From positions 5,580,536-5,644,535 of the forward strand of contig OZ245766.1 in NCBI GenBank assembly GCA_965227495.1: a DNA stretch of 64,000 nucleotides, written 5' to 3'. Position 1 is the stretch's first letter, and each line of letters begins with the position of its first letter. The translations under genes were made by a program, and so were the position numbers. Origin of the DNA: Chryseolinea sp. Lineage in GTDB: Bacteria > Bacteroidota > Bacteroidia > Cytophagales > Cyclobacteriaceae. The notes beneath the pieces were generated by a model, which saw only the letters and a list, made by a program, of their open reading frames with translations, did no database searches and had not been told where the DNA came from. This document shows positions 25,385 to 34,229 of the stretch, in pieces.

Positions 25385-27763
25385 TCAAATCTTCAGTGAA
25401 ATCATGGCCATGAAATTTCTTCCGGCTTGAGGGAAGAAATACGGCACGCCATCATAGCCGTAACCATTCGATGAGTATTTCACATCCAATACATTATTCA
25501 ACAACAAACTGAAGCCCAATGATTTTATTCCTTTCAATGAGAAAGAATAATTGAATCGGATGTCATTAATGAAATACCGATCAAGTGTAAGCGCTTCGTT
25601 TTCAGTATTGTCTAGGTATTGCTTACCTACATATTTGGTTAAGAGAGTAGTTTGAAAACCCTTAAAGGCAGTCCATGTTAGCTGACTTCCAGCGATTACA
25701 TTTGGTGAAAGAATGATAGCTGTGTTTCGAGTTACAGTTGCATTGTTTTCTTCAAACACAAAATCTTTGTTTGTATTTCGGCTAAGCGTAGCATTTACAT
25801 TCCAACTCCAGCGATTGGAAAATCGAAAAGTGGCTGATCCTTCAATCCCCATTCGAACACTCTTGCCAACATTGGCGCGAATTGGATTGCCTATGCCATC
25901 AATGGCGCCAGTTAACACGAGTTGGTTCGTGTAGTTCATCAAATAATAATTTACCTCTAGTTGAAGATTGGAAGAGTTTTTTCTCCAGCCTGTTTCCAAA
26001 TTATTCAATTTTTCCGATTTTGGTTTCGCTACTCCTTCTGTATAGTCCGTGCGATTAGGCTCGCGATTAGCTACTGCATAAGAAGCATACAAAACATTAC
26101 CACCCGGTAATGAATAACTCAAACCAGCTTTTGGATTAAAGAAACTAAAGGTATCGTGAAAGTCGTATGGTGCCAGGTCATCGTCTATGCCCGCTGTTTT
26201 ATAATCTACATATCGATATTGTAAATCCACAAAAGCATTCAAGGCACTTGTTGCTGCATAGTTCAATTTTGCATAGATGTTTCCATCGTTCTTTTGTGAT
26301 TCTCCATCGTAATAAGTATGACGAATTGCTGCATTGGAAGAATATTGTGCCCAGATAATTTCACCGAAGTGACGCGCATTTGCATACTGATTATACGCTC
26401 CGCCAATAGAAAGTCCTACTTTTTCTTTTTCATAATTTACAGAAAAAGTAGTTCCATAAAACTTGTTGTCAAGCCATTTGCGAACAATAAAATCGCTTGA
26501 GGTAAGTGTTGTGTCTTTCAACACTACATTATCAAGTCCGTAGTCTGCAAACTCGCGAGCCTGTTTGTATTGCTCATAATAACCTCGGCCATAGGTATAG
26601 TGAAGGGAAAGGTTGGCGTTCCAATACTCACTAAACTTTTGAGTAAGGTGGAGTTGGTAATGATCTTGTTTGTAATCGTCCACTTCATTGTCATAGTATC
26701 CGGTTACACTCCAGTTTTCATCATACAATGCTCCCGCAGAATTGAAAGTGCGGTTGGTCTTCATCGTTTCAGCGTCATTGCCATTCCACGATTGATACGT
26801 TTTCTCTGTACCACCAAAAACGATTGCTTTGATAATGGTTTTAGCGCCATAATATCCTCCACTTAAATAATAGGATCCAAGATCAGAGGATGCACGATCA
26901 ATGTATCCATCCGATTTAATTTTGGATACGCGTCCATCAAACGACCACTTACCTCCAATCAATCCTGTTCCGATTTTTAAAGTATAGCGTTGTGTATTAA
27001 ATGATCCGACAGCGGTTATTGCTTCAGCATACGGATCTGATTGTTGTGAAATAGTTTGCACATTAACACTTCCACCAAAAGCACCAGCGCCATTCGTTGA
27101 CGTACCTACGCCCCGTTGTATTTGTACACTTTGTGTCGATGAAGCAACATCTGGAATATCAACCCAATACGTTCCTTGTGATTCACTATCGTTGTATGGA
27201 ATGCCGTTGATGGTAACATTGATGCGTGTGGCATCGCTTCCACGGATACGCAAACCCGTGTACCCAACACCAGCTCCAGCATCTGAAGTCGTAACGAGTG
27301 AAGGTGTCCAATTCAGAAGCATTGGCATGTCTTGTCCAAAGTTTTGCGACTGCAAAGTTTTACCACTTACATTGGTAAATGTGGTTGGCGTTTTCTCATT
27401 TGCCCGTGTAGCATACACCACCACCTCATCTGTAATTTGAACAGATTCATCCATTGCTATGGTCAGGTCTGAATTCGATGTTAACGAAATTTCTTCTCTC
27501 TTTTCCTGATAGCCAATAAAGCGAACGATCAGTACATACTTTCCTTCCGACAATTTTCCGATCTGAAATTTCCCGAACGCATCGGTTACTTCAGCGCGAT
27601 TTGAACCTGCCTTGCCGGTAGGCAGGTTTTCTAACTGAACGGAAGCACCGGCCAGTACCTGATTACTTTTTCCATCCTTTACGGTTCCCGCAATGGAAAA
27701 TTCCTGCGCAGCAACGCGCGCAGGCAGCAGCATTGCACATGCTACGATGATTGATTTGAACAT
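25385..27763 (-). CDS. TonB-dependent outer-membrane receptor with N-terminal CarboxypepD_reg domain; probable thiamine-related uptake receptor
   Basis: About 792 aa from ATG 27763 (MFKSIIVACAMLLPARVAAQ signal). The track's upstream GTG at 27793 would lie in the riboswitch expression platform. Has the CarboxypepD_reg-like segment FSIAGTVKDGKSNQVLAGASVQL, then plug and barrel. A TPP riboswitch precedes it. Confidence 0.85.
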   Translation of the reverse strand: MFKSIIVACAMLLPARVAAQEFSIAGTVKDGKSNQVLAGASVQLENLPTGKAGSNRAEVTDAFGKFQIGKLSEGKYVLIVRFIGYQEKREEISLTSNSDLTIAMDESVQITDEVVVYATRANEKTPTTFTNVSGKTLQSQNFGQDMPMLLNWTPSLVTTSDAGAGVGYTGLRIRGSDATRINVTINGIPYNDSESQGTYWVDIPDVASSTQSVQIQRGVGTSTNGAGAFGGSVNVQTISQQSDPYAEAITAVGSFNTQRYTLKIGTGLIGGKWSFDGRVSKIKSDGYIDRASSDLGSYYLSGGYYGAKTIIKAIVFGGTEKTYQSWNGNDAETMKTNRTFNSAGALYDENWSVTGYYDNEVDDYKQDHYQLHLTQKFSEYWNANLSLHYTYGRGYYEQYKQAREFADYGLDNVVLKDTTLTSSDFIVRKWLDNKFYGTTFSVNYEKEKVGLSIGGAYNQYANARHFGEIIWAQYSSNAAIRHTYYDGESQKNDGNIYAKLNYAATSALNAFVDLQYRYVDYKTAGIDDDLAPYDFHDTFSFFNPKAGLSYSLPGGNVLYASYAVANREPNRTDYTEGVAKPKSEKLNNLETGWRKNSSNLQLEVNYYLMNYTNQLVLTGAIDGIGNPIRANVGKSVRMGIEGSATFRFSNRWSWNVNATLSRNTNKDFVFEENNATVTRNTAIILSPNVIAGSQLTWTAFKGFQTTLLTKYVGKQYLDNTENEALTLDRYFINDIRFNYSFSLKGIKSLGFSLLLNNVLDVKYSSNGYGYDGVPYFFPQAGRNFMAMISLKI

Positions 27764-27819
27764 TGTTTTTAAAAAGTTTAAACCCGCAGGCACATCGGGG
27801 AATGTACCTTACTTACGTG

Positions 27820-27918
27820 TTTACTTGCCTCCCTTCGTCCGCATTACCGGCATCAGGTTCTATGGGTATAATCTCAGCCCGTTATATTTGGCACCCCTTT
27901 GTCTTTCGACAACGTAAA
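27820..27918 (-). promoter_or_regulatory. TPP (THI-box) riboswitch
   Basis: The minus strand reads ...UUUAC GUUGUCGAAAGACAA A GGGGUGCCAAAUAUAACGGGCUGAGAUUAUACCCAUAGAACCUGAUGCCGGUAAUGCGGACGAAGGGAGGCAA GUAAA. It contains the conserved GGGGUGC, CUGAGA, ACCC, ACCUGAU, UAAUGC and GGGA blocks in the canonical order. It lies about 57 nt upstream of the receptor ATG. Confidence 0.85.
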
Positions 27919-27963
27919 GGTAGCAGATAATTTTTAATACAAACGATTTGTCCACAGACCACG

Positions 27964-27983
27964 GTCAACAGTCGACTGTTGAC
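27964..27983. repeat. Perfect 20-bp palindrome gtcaacagtcgactgttgac in a divergent intergenic region
   Basis: Self-complementary by inspection. It presents TTGAC on both strands. It lies about 45 nt upstream of the riboswitch and 70 nt upstream of the biotin-carrier gene. Confidence 0.8.
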
Positions 27984-28040
27984 GGTCGACAAATCAAATA
28001 ACTTTTAACCTCCAACTCATTACATTCCACACAGATACTC

Positions 28041-28048
28041 TATTTTTG
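28041..28048 (+). promoter_or_regulatory. Exact -7 box TAttTTTG only 4 nt before ATG 28053
   Basis: tatttttg at 28041-28048. If functional, the spacing implies a leaderless or near-leaderless mRNA. Confidence 0.35.
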
Positions 28049-28052
28049 AAGC

Positions 28053-28547
28053 ATGTATAAAGCGATCGTAAATAGCAAGTCGTTTGAGGTTGAGCAACAG
28101 TCGGATGACTTCATTGTCAACGGAGAAATGTTTCAATGGGATCTGTCAAAAATCTCGGATGGTTATTTCCATATCCTTCATCAACAAAAAAGTTATCGTG
28201 CAGAAGTGGTGAAGGTAGAATCGGCCACTAAAACATGTGTCATTAAAATTAACGGAAGAACCTATCCGGTTGAACTGAAAGACAAATTTGATTTGCTGCT
28301 CGAAAAAATGGGAATGAATTCGCAGGCAGCAAGCAAAGTAAATAATGTCAAGGCTCCCATGCCAGGTCTGATCATCGACCTGAAAGTAAAAGAAGGTGAT
28401 GCTGTAAAAGTAAATGATGTGCTGTTGATTCTCGAAGCCATGAAGATGGAGAACATCATCAAATCTCCTGGCGAAGGAATTGTGAAATCGGTGAAGGTAA
28501 AGAAGGGAGATAGTGTAGAAAAAAGTCAGGTGCTGATTGAATTCTGA
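28053..28547 (+). CDS. Biotin/lipoyl-attachment carrier protein (BCCP-like subunit)
   Basis: 164 aa. Biotinylation motif LEAMKMEN in the C-terminal ~70 aa domain. Confidence 0.85.
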   Translation: MYKAIVNSKSFEVEQQSDDFIVNGEMFQWDLSKISDGYFHILHQQKSYRAEVVKVESATKTCVIKINGRTYPVELKDKFDLLLEKMGMNSQAASKVNNVKAPMPGLIIDLKVKEGDAVKVNDVLLILEAMKMENIIKSPGEGIVKSVKVKKGDSVEKSQVLIEF

Positions 28548-28657
28548 TTTTCTCATCCGAAGAAATAAAAAAAAGCCATTAACGCATTTTTGCTTCGTCA
28601 AAAACCTTGAATCCTGACGAAATAGTAAACATCTTTGCAAGATTTTAACCTGATCTG

Positions 28658-29365
28658 ATGAAATACAAACGCATTGTTCTCAAGCTTAGCGGTGAGTCGC
28701 TACAAGGGTCATCCAAGACTACCAATATCGATCCGAATGTCTTGGATCAATATTGTGAGGAAATAAAAGCAGTTAAAGAACAAGGTGTTGAACTAGCCAT
28801 TGTTATTGGCGGTGGAAATATTTTCCGTGGTGGACAAGCCGAGGCTCTCGGTATCGACCGGGTTCAGGGTGATTATATGGGAATGTTGGCAACGGTTATT
28901 AATGCGATGGCCTTGCAAGGTGCGCTTGAACGCCATGGAGTTTACACTCGCTTGATGGCCGGGATAAAGATGGAGCAAGTATGTGAACCCTTCATCAGAC
29001 GCAGAGCCATTCGTCACTTAGAAAAAGGAAGGATTGTAATTTTTGGAGCCGGTATTGGTAATCCCTATTTCACTACGGATTCAACCGCCAGTCTTCGCGC
29101 CATTGAAGTACAAGCCGACATCGTATTAAAAGGAACTCGCGTGGACGGTGTGTATACAAAAGATCCTGAGAAATTTCCGGATGCTGTTCGATACACTACG
29201 CTTTCATTTCAGGAAGCATATGAAAAAAATCTGAACATCATGGATATGACTGCCTTTACACTTTGCCAGGAAAACAAACTTCCGATTATTGTTTTCGATA
29301 TGAATAAAAAAGGGAACTTGCTGAAGGTAGCGAATGGTGAAGAGGCCGGAACATTGATCAGCTAA
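28658..29365 (+). CDS. pyrH: UMP kinase
   Basis: 235 aa. Motifs [12 protein letters not shown] and [10 protein letters not shown]. Conserved pyrH-frr pairing. Confidence 0.95.
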   Translation: MKYKRIVLKLSGESLQGSSKTTNIDPNVLDQYCEEIKAVKEQGVELAIVIGGGNIFRGGQAEALGIDRVQGDYMGMLATVINAMALQGALERHGVYTRLMAGIKMEQVCEPFIRRRAIRHLEKGRIVIFGAGIGNPYFTTDSTASLRAIEVQADIVLKGTRVDGVYTKDPEKFPDAVRYTTLSFQEAYEKNLNIMDMTAFTLCQENKLPIIVFDMNKKGNLLKVANGEEAGTLIS

Positions 29366-29422
29366 TTATTTTTCTATAAATATTTTTTTTGAATACATTA
29401 AAATCCAAATCGCTAATACCGT

Positions 29423-29977
29423 ATGGAAGAAATTGAACTATACCTTGACGAAGCCAACGAATTAATGACCAAGGGGCTCAACCATTTAGGACATGAGCTA
29501 ACCAAAATCAGAGCTGGAAAAGCAAATCCCTCCATGTTAGATGGTTTACTTGTTTCCTATTATGGCGCCATGAGTCCGTTGCAACAAGTATCATCGATCA
29601 CTGCGCCTGATGCACGAACTCTTTTTATCAAACCCTGGGAAAAAAATATCATAAGTGAAATTGAGCGCACCATTATCAATGCAAACCTGGGACTCAATCC
29701 GCAAAATGATGGACAACAAATCATCATTAACATTCCAATGTTAACGGAAGAAAGACGAAAGCAGTTAGTGAAGCAGGCGAATCAAGAAGGTGAGCAGGGC
29801 CGAATCAGCATTCGTAATATTCGCAAAGAAACCAACGAACAGTTAAAGAAAATCAAAGGCGCTTCAGAGGATGATATCAAAAATGCCGAAGGTACTGTTC
29901 AAAAAATGACGGACGATTTCATGAGTCGCATTGATACCCTTCTTAAGAAAAAAGAAGTTGAGATTATGACGGTTTAG
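29423..29977 (+). CDS. frr: Ribosome recycling factor
   Basis: 184 aa. RRF-like motifs (LDGLLVSYYG, ISIRNIRKETNEQLKK). Directly downstream of pyrH. Confidence 0.95.
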   Translation: MEEIELYLDEANELMTKGLNHLGHELTKIRAGKANPSMLDGLLVSYYGAMSPLQQVSSITAPDARTLFIKPWEKNIISEIERTIINANLGLNPQNDGQQIIINIPMLTEERRKQLVKQANQEGEQGRISIRNIRKETNEQLKKIKGASEDDIKNAEGTVQKMTDDFMSRIDTLLKKKEVEIMTV

Positions 29978-30047
29978 AAAATGGTAATCGGTATTCGGTT
30001 AAACTGATCACTGAATACTGATTACTAAAAAATTTAGTTAGCTGCGA

Positions 30048-31004
30048 TTAGAGCGACTTCTTAAAATCCTCAATTCTATTCGTCATTTTGGTAAAGAACT
30101 TAATCCGTTCTTTTTCTGCCGTTCCACTAATCAACGTGGAGTGTTTGATCAAACTGTATAGATATTGTTCCGTTTTTTCGCAAAACAATTCGTGCTGTGT
30201 AATCAGCAGACTAATCGTGTTGTAGTTAATGTATGCCAGGCGCTTATCACCCGATCTTGCACAAATCGTATTATCTGACATCAATATTTCGTTCTGATAT
30301 AAATTGAAAGTACTACCATCCAATTTTTTAGCGTTTGCTGCCTCGGCTTGTACGGTACGCATCAACTCAATAAGGTAATCACACAACTGAGTGGCTTGTT
30401 TTGAATTAGCAAAAAAGCTGCACTCCTGATAGAATTCTATTTGTTTCAACGTATTGTTGATGGCTTCAATCGCCCATATTTCAACACTTGGAATGGAAGC
30501 ATAACGCGTCCATATCCGATTGCCCAACTGAATCATTTCTTTGCTTATTACATCTTGTTCAAAAGCAAGTGTTTTGAATTCCGCATTTTCAATGATGGTC
30601 TTCTGCCAGAAAAACATTTTAAAAGCTGCCAATTCCGGATGGCGCAAATAGTGAAAGATGGGAATGTCTTTCGCGGCATAGGTAATTTCAGTTAGCATTT
30701 CAACGTTCTTAAAAATAGAGGTCAACCATTGATCAAGCGTATAGTTGACTGACGGGGACCGGTCCATAAAGGGAACCATGTTCGAGGTGGGTGTGAACAA
30801 CGAATCAACCGAAACTCCGTAGCGTCCACACAATTTTTTTGCCTCATCCAACGATAGCACTGTCTCACCACGTATTCTGCGGTAGGCACTGTCCCGGCTA
30901 ATGCTAAGAATTTCCGCAAGTTCATCGACAAACGAAAGATTGGCAGGTAATCTTTTTTTTACCTCTTCCAAAAAAGCGCTTTGTATGCTGTCTGAGGTGG
31001 TCAT
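30048..31004 (-). CDS. Helix-turn-helix transcriptional regulator with uncharacterised ~250-aa C-terminal domain
   Basis: 318 aa. N-terminal HTH LAEILSISRDSAYRRIRGETVLSLDEAKKL. Confidence 0.65.
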   Translation of the reverse strand: MTTSDSIQSAFLEEVKKRLPANLSFVDELAEILSISRDSAYRRIRGETVLSLDEAKKLCGRYGVSVDSLFTPTSNMVPFMDRSPSVNYTLDQWLTSIFKNVEMLTEITYAAKDIPIFHYLRHPELAAFKMFFWQKTIIENAEFKTLAFEQDVISKEMIQLGNRIWTRYASIPSVEIWAIEAINNTLKQIEFYQECSFFANSKQATQLCDYLIELMRTVQAEAANAKKLDGSTFNLYQNEILMSDNTICARSGDKRLAYINYNTISLLITQHELFCEKTEQYLYSLIKHSTLISGTAEKERIKFFTKMTNRIEDFKKSL

Positions 31005-31171
31005 TTACGATTGGGCTAGGGTTTTCAATAAATGCAATTAATACTACGTCAAAGTTGTGGCATTTGCAATAATCCCAAGGGTAAACAACGAGGGAACGCT
31101 TGCATTCGTTTTCTGCAATATTCTCTTTTCCTCGCTTCGAAGTTTGAAATACAGAAGCTTCTTAGCGGGAT

Positions 31172-31179
31172 TATGTTTG
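31172..31179 (+). promoter_or_regulatory. Candidate -7 box TAtgTTTG (a TTTG lies at 31143-31146)
   Basis: Exact TAnnTTTG 32 nt upstream of ATG 31212. This supports the short form of the downstream ORF. Confidence 0.35.
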
Positions 31180-31211
31180 ACTTGGTTTTAAAAAGAACAA
31201 AATCTACAAAC

Positions 31212-31964
31212 ATGAAACCTCCAGGCATTTTAAACCTTCTCCTTTCCATCATCATGGTAACCTGCCTGAGTGGGTGCTACTCTCTTTACTATGCTCCGAC
31301 TGCACACAATGTTCCCATGTTCAAAGAGAAAAACGAAGTGCGGGTTTCTGCTGCTTATTCGATTGTGAGTGACGGCACGGGAGAAAATCCTATAGAAGGA
31401 TTCGAAATTCAAAGTGCTTATGCAGCCGGAAAACATTTTGCTATTATGGTAAACGGTTTCAAAGCGCAGTCCACAGAAGATGAAGGATCATATTCATTGG
31501 GTTACAGGCATCAAAAAACTAATCTCATTGAGTTCGGTGCCGGCTATTTTAAGCCATTTCATAGAAACAAACTTGTTGTTGAGGCATACGGAGGATTGGG
31601 CGTTGGCGAATTCAAAAACCGTTACATAGATGAATATGATCCGTCATATACGGTCAATTCATCCGTGAACTTTAAGCGCCTTTTTGTTCAGCCCTCCATT
31701 GCATATTCATCGGACTATTTTGGCGTAGCATTCTCCATGCGACTTGCTTTATTAAAGTATGATCAAAATCCAGAAATTGAATTGGGCACGTCCTATTTTC
31801 TGGTAGAACCTTGTTTCACCATTCGGGCAGGATGGAAGGGTCTTAAGTTTCAATCTCAGATTCAACTTTCGAACAACGTTACTGATCCGAATTTCCCTCA
31901 ACATCGCCTTAATTTTAACACGGGTATTTGTCTCACTCTTCCGGTAAAAAAATCCATTCAATAG
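31212..31964 (+). CDS. Hypothetical lipoprotein, possibly an outer-membrane beta-barrel
   Basis: I prefer the internal ATG at 31212 (MKPPGILNLLLSIIMVTCLSGC, lipobox) over the track start at 31032, whose first 60 aa are Cys/Arg-rich and not signal-like. The rest is rich in alternating beta-strand-like segments. Confidence 0.55.
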   Translation: MKPPGILNLLLSIIMVTCLSGCYSLYYAPTAHNVPMFKEKNEVRVSAAYSIVSDGTGENPIEGFEIQSAYAAGKHFAIMVNGFKAQSTEDEGSYSLGYRHQKTNLIEFGAGYFKPFHRNKLVVEAYGGLGVGEFKNRYIDEYDPSYTVNSSVNFKRLFVQPSIAYSSDYFGVAFSMRLALLKYDQNPEIELGTSYFLVEPCFTIRAGWKGLKFQSQIQLSNNVTDPNFPQHRLNFNTGICLTLPVKKSIQ

Positions 31965-32004
31965 GTATCGATAAGATTAATCAACATCATTAATACTATT
32001 GGTT

Positions 32005-33228
32005 ATGAACTCAAACATCTATGCTCTGCTAACACCCATCGCCCTAGGTTTCATCTTAATTGAAATGGCATTGTGCTGGTATTATAAAAAGAAGTACATC
32101 CGTTTTCAGGAGGCAGTGGCCAACTTTGGTACAGCCCTCGGAAATCAAACAATGAATGTTCTTGTGGCGGCCGGGGTTTACGTTGTTTACGGGTGGCTTT
32201 GGGAAAACTATCGATTAATCGATACGATAAAAATGAATGCCTTCACGTTTGTGTTACTGCTTCTCGGCATCGATTTTATTTTCTATTGGGTGCACCGTTG
32301 GGGTCACCAGATCAACATCATGTGGGCAGCGCACTCTCCTCATCATTCAGCAGAAGAAATGAATTTCTTTGTAGCGCTGCGAGCCAGTGTTACCCAACGC
32401 CTATTCTCTTTTATGTTCTTTTGGCCACTCACCATCATTGGTTTCAGGCCCATTGATATCTATGCAATGACTGGTCTTCACCTTTTCATTTCATTTTTAC
32501 ATCATACCGAGTTTATTCCAAAACTTTGGCGCTGGATTGAATTTATTTTTACTACACCTTCCCATCATCGCGTTCATCACGGTATCAACTTCGTGTATCT
32601 TGATAAAAATTATGGTGAATTTCTGATTATCTGGGATCGCTTGTTTGGTTCGTATGCAGAAGAAGAAGAGAAGGTACTTTATGGAATGTACAATCCCCCA
32701 AAAACCTGGAATCCGATTACGATTAATTTTCACTATTACCAATTGCTTTGGAAGGATGTCGCTGCGGCACCACATTGGATTGACAAATTTAAAATCTGGT
32801 TTATGCCATTAGGCTGGAGACCACAAGGTTTACCACCTAAGCCACCTCTCCAGGAAGTGACTGAACAAAATCAAGTTCGCTTTGCTACCACCATGTTTAC
32901 AGGTGCAAAGCCTTACCTTATCATTCACATTATACTGGGTGTTGCGCTAATGATGATGGTTATCAACCCCTCTTCTCCCTGGAGCAATACCGAGCGATGG
33001 ATCGGAAGTTTTCTCCTCTGGCATATGATCATCAACTGGAGTGGCATCATGGAGTCGAAGGAATGGCTGTGTTCATCTGAAACCTTTCGGCTTACACTTA
33101 GTTGTGCTTTGCTAATTTATTTTAGTGGCCTGCCAATGCATGATCCACTAAATCTACTTTGGATTTCGCTTTCGATTCTTTCAGTGTTTTGGGTGAATCT
33201 GCTATTCAGAGTGAGCCCGTTCTGCTAA
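32005..33228 (+). CDS. Fatty-acid hydroxylase / sterol desaturase superfamily membrane enzyme with an extra C-terminal membrane region
   Basis: Histidine boxes HRWGH, HSPHH and HHRVHH. An additional ~130 aa hydrophobic C-terminal region. ATG at 32005 preferred over TTG at 31999. Confidence 0.8.
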   Translation: MNSNIYALLTPIALGFILIEMALCWYYKKKYIRFQEAVANFGTALGNQTMNVLVAAGVYVVYGWLWENYRLIDTIKMNAFTFVLLLLGIDFIFYWVHRWGHQINIMWAAHSPHHSAEEMNFFVALRASVTQRLFSFMFFWPLTIIGFRPIDIYAMTGLHLFISFLHHTEFIPKLWRWIEFIFTTPSHHRVHHGINFVYLDKNYGEFLIIWDRLFGSYAEEEEKVLYGMYNPPKTWNPITINFHYYQLLWKDVAAAPHWIDKFKIWFMPLGWRPQGLPPKPPLQEVTEQNQVRFATTMFTGAKPYLIIHIILGVALMMMVINPSSPWSNTERWIGSFLLWHMIINWSGIMESKEWLCSSETFRLTLSCALLIYFSGLPMHDPLNLLWISLSILSVFWVNLLFRVSPFC

Positions 33229-33259
33229 GAGTTGACAAATACACTTCCTTTTCATTAAG

Positions 33260-34192
33260 ATGATTCAAATGAAAACAAGACGATCAAATTTAATAATTCA
33301 ATTCGCTCTGCCTCTTTTGTTACTCACACAAACCCTGTTGGCCCAAAAGTATGTCGATATTGTAAAGCTCAATTACAATAACACATCACGAAATAATTTT
33401 GAGAACAGTAGTAAAAGTACACGTGTTGAAGAGCTCGATTTAGAAACTACCTTACCCATTGCAATCAATAGCAAAACAAATTTCATTACAGGTTTTATTT
33501 ATGAACGAATACGAACCAAACTTTTTGAAGATGGGGATTTAGAAACGTTTTCATCCATTAGTCTGAAAATTGGATTTAATAAAGTCCATTCTGCAAAATG
33601 GTCAGGTACGTACGTTTTCGTCCCCAAAATCGCCTCAGACTTTCATCACATTACAAAGAAAGATTTTCAATTGGGAGGATTCGTGTTGTTAAAATATAGC
33701 AAGAACGAAAGCTTGAATTACAAAGTGGGCCTTTACGCAAATGGTGAATTGTTTGGGCCGTGGTTCGTTCCCTTGCTCGGATTATATTACATCAGTCCAA
33801 ATAAAAAGTTTGAAGCAAATGTAACGATGCCTATTATGGCTGATGTTAACTATTCGATCCTGAAGAGGGTGGCCATAGGCATGAATTTTTTCGGACAAGT
33901 AAGAACGTATTACCTAACAAAAATTACAAGTGACGGAAGCAATGGATACGTCCACCGATCAACCACTGAACTGTTTGGATACTTAAAATTTAATCTCTCG
34001 AAAAGCGTAACAATCCAAACGAAAGCTGGATACTCGATTGGTCGATTCTATCGGGTGTATGATGAGAATGATAAAATTTCTTTTGGATTACCGCTGTCAT
34101 ATTTTGGCGATGATCGAAAGCAATTAAACACCGACTTTCAAGATGGATGGGTGTATCAAACGATGTTGATATATCGATTTCACTTAAAGTAA
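33260..34192 (+). CDS. Hypothetical outer-membrane beta-barrel protein (DUF6268-like guess)
   Basis: 310 aa with a signal peptide (LPLLLLTQTLLAQ). Beta-strand-rich, with an aromatic C-terminal region (LIYRFHLK). Confidence 0.5.
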   Translation: MIQMKTRRSNLIIQFALPLLLLTQTLLAQKYVDIVKLNYNNTSRNNFENSSKSTRVEELDLETTLPIAINSKTNFITGFIYERIRTKLFEDGDLETFSSISLKIGFNKVHSAKWSGTYVFVPKIASDFHHITKKDFQLGGFVLLKYSKNESLNYKVGLYANGELFGPWFVPLLGLYYISPNKKFEANVTMPIMADVNYSILKRVAIGMNFFGQVRTYYLTKITSDGSNGYVHRSTTELFGYLKFNLSKSVTIQTKAGYSIGRFYRVYDENDKISFGLPLSYFGDDRKQLNTDFQDGWVYQTMLIYRFHLK

Positions 34193-34229
34193 TGAAAACA
34201 ACAGAGAAAATGCTAAGGTGATTTTGTAA

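Noticed and set aside
27764-27793. Upstream GTG start (27793) for the TonB-dependent receptor
   Set aside because: It adds MPAGLNFLKT ahead of a perfectly good signal peptide starting at ATG 27763. It would also place coding sequence in the riboswitch expression platform.
28146-28640. 164-aa minus-strand ORF mirroring the 164-aa biotin-carrier gene (the equal length looked intriguing)
   Set aside because: The plus-strand product has a clear biotinyl-domain motif (EAMKM). The antisense product is F/H/R-rich low-complexity with no motif. This is a typical shadow ORF in AT-rich DNA. The equal length is coincidental.
29986-30023. Hairpin between the convergent frr and HTH-regulator genes (aatcggtattc / gaatactgatt)
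   Set aside because: The stem is 11 bp including one G-T pair, and neither strand has a convincing U-tract directly after it. It is too weak to call a terminator with confidence.
31032-31211. N-terminal 60-aa extension of the 310-aa ORF
   Set aside because: The extension (MQLILRQSCGICNNPKGKQRGNACIRF...) is not signal-like. An exact -7 box lies inside it at 31172-31179. The internal Met at 31212 gives a clean lipoprotein signal.
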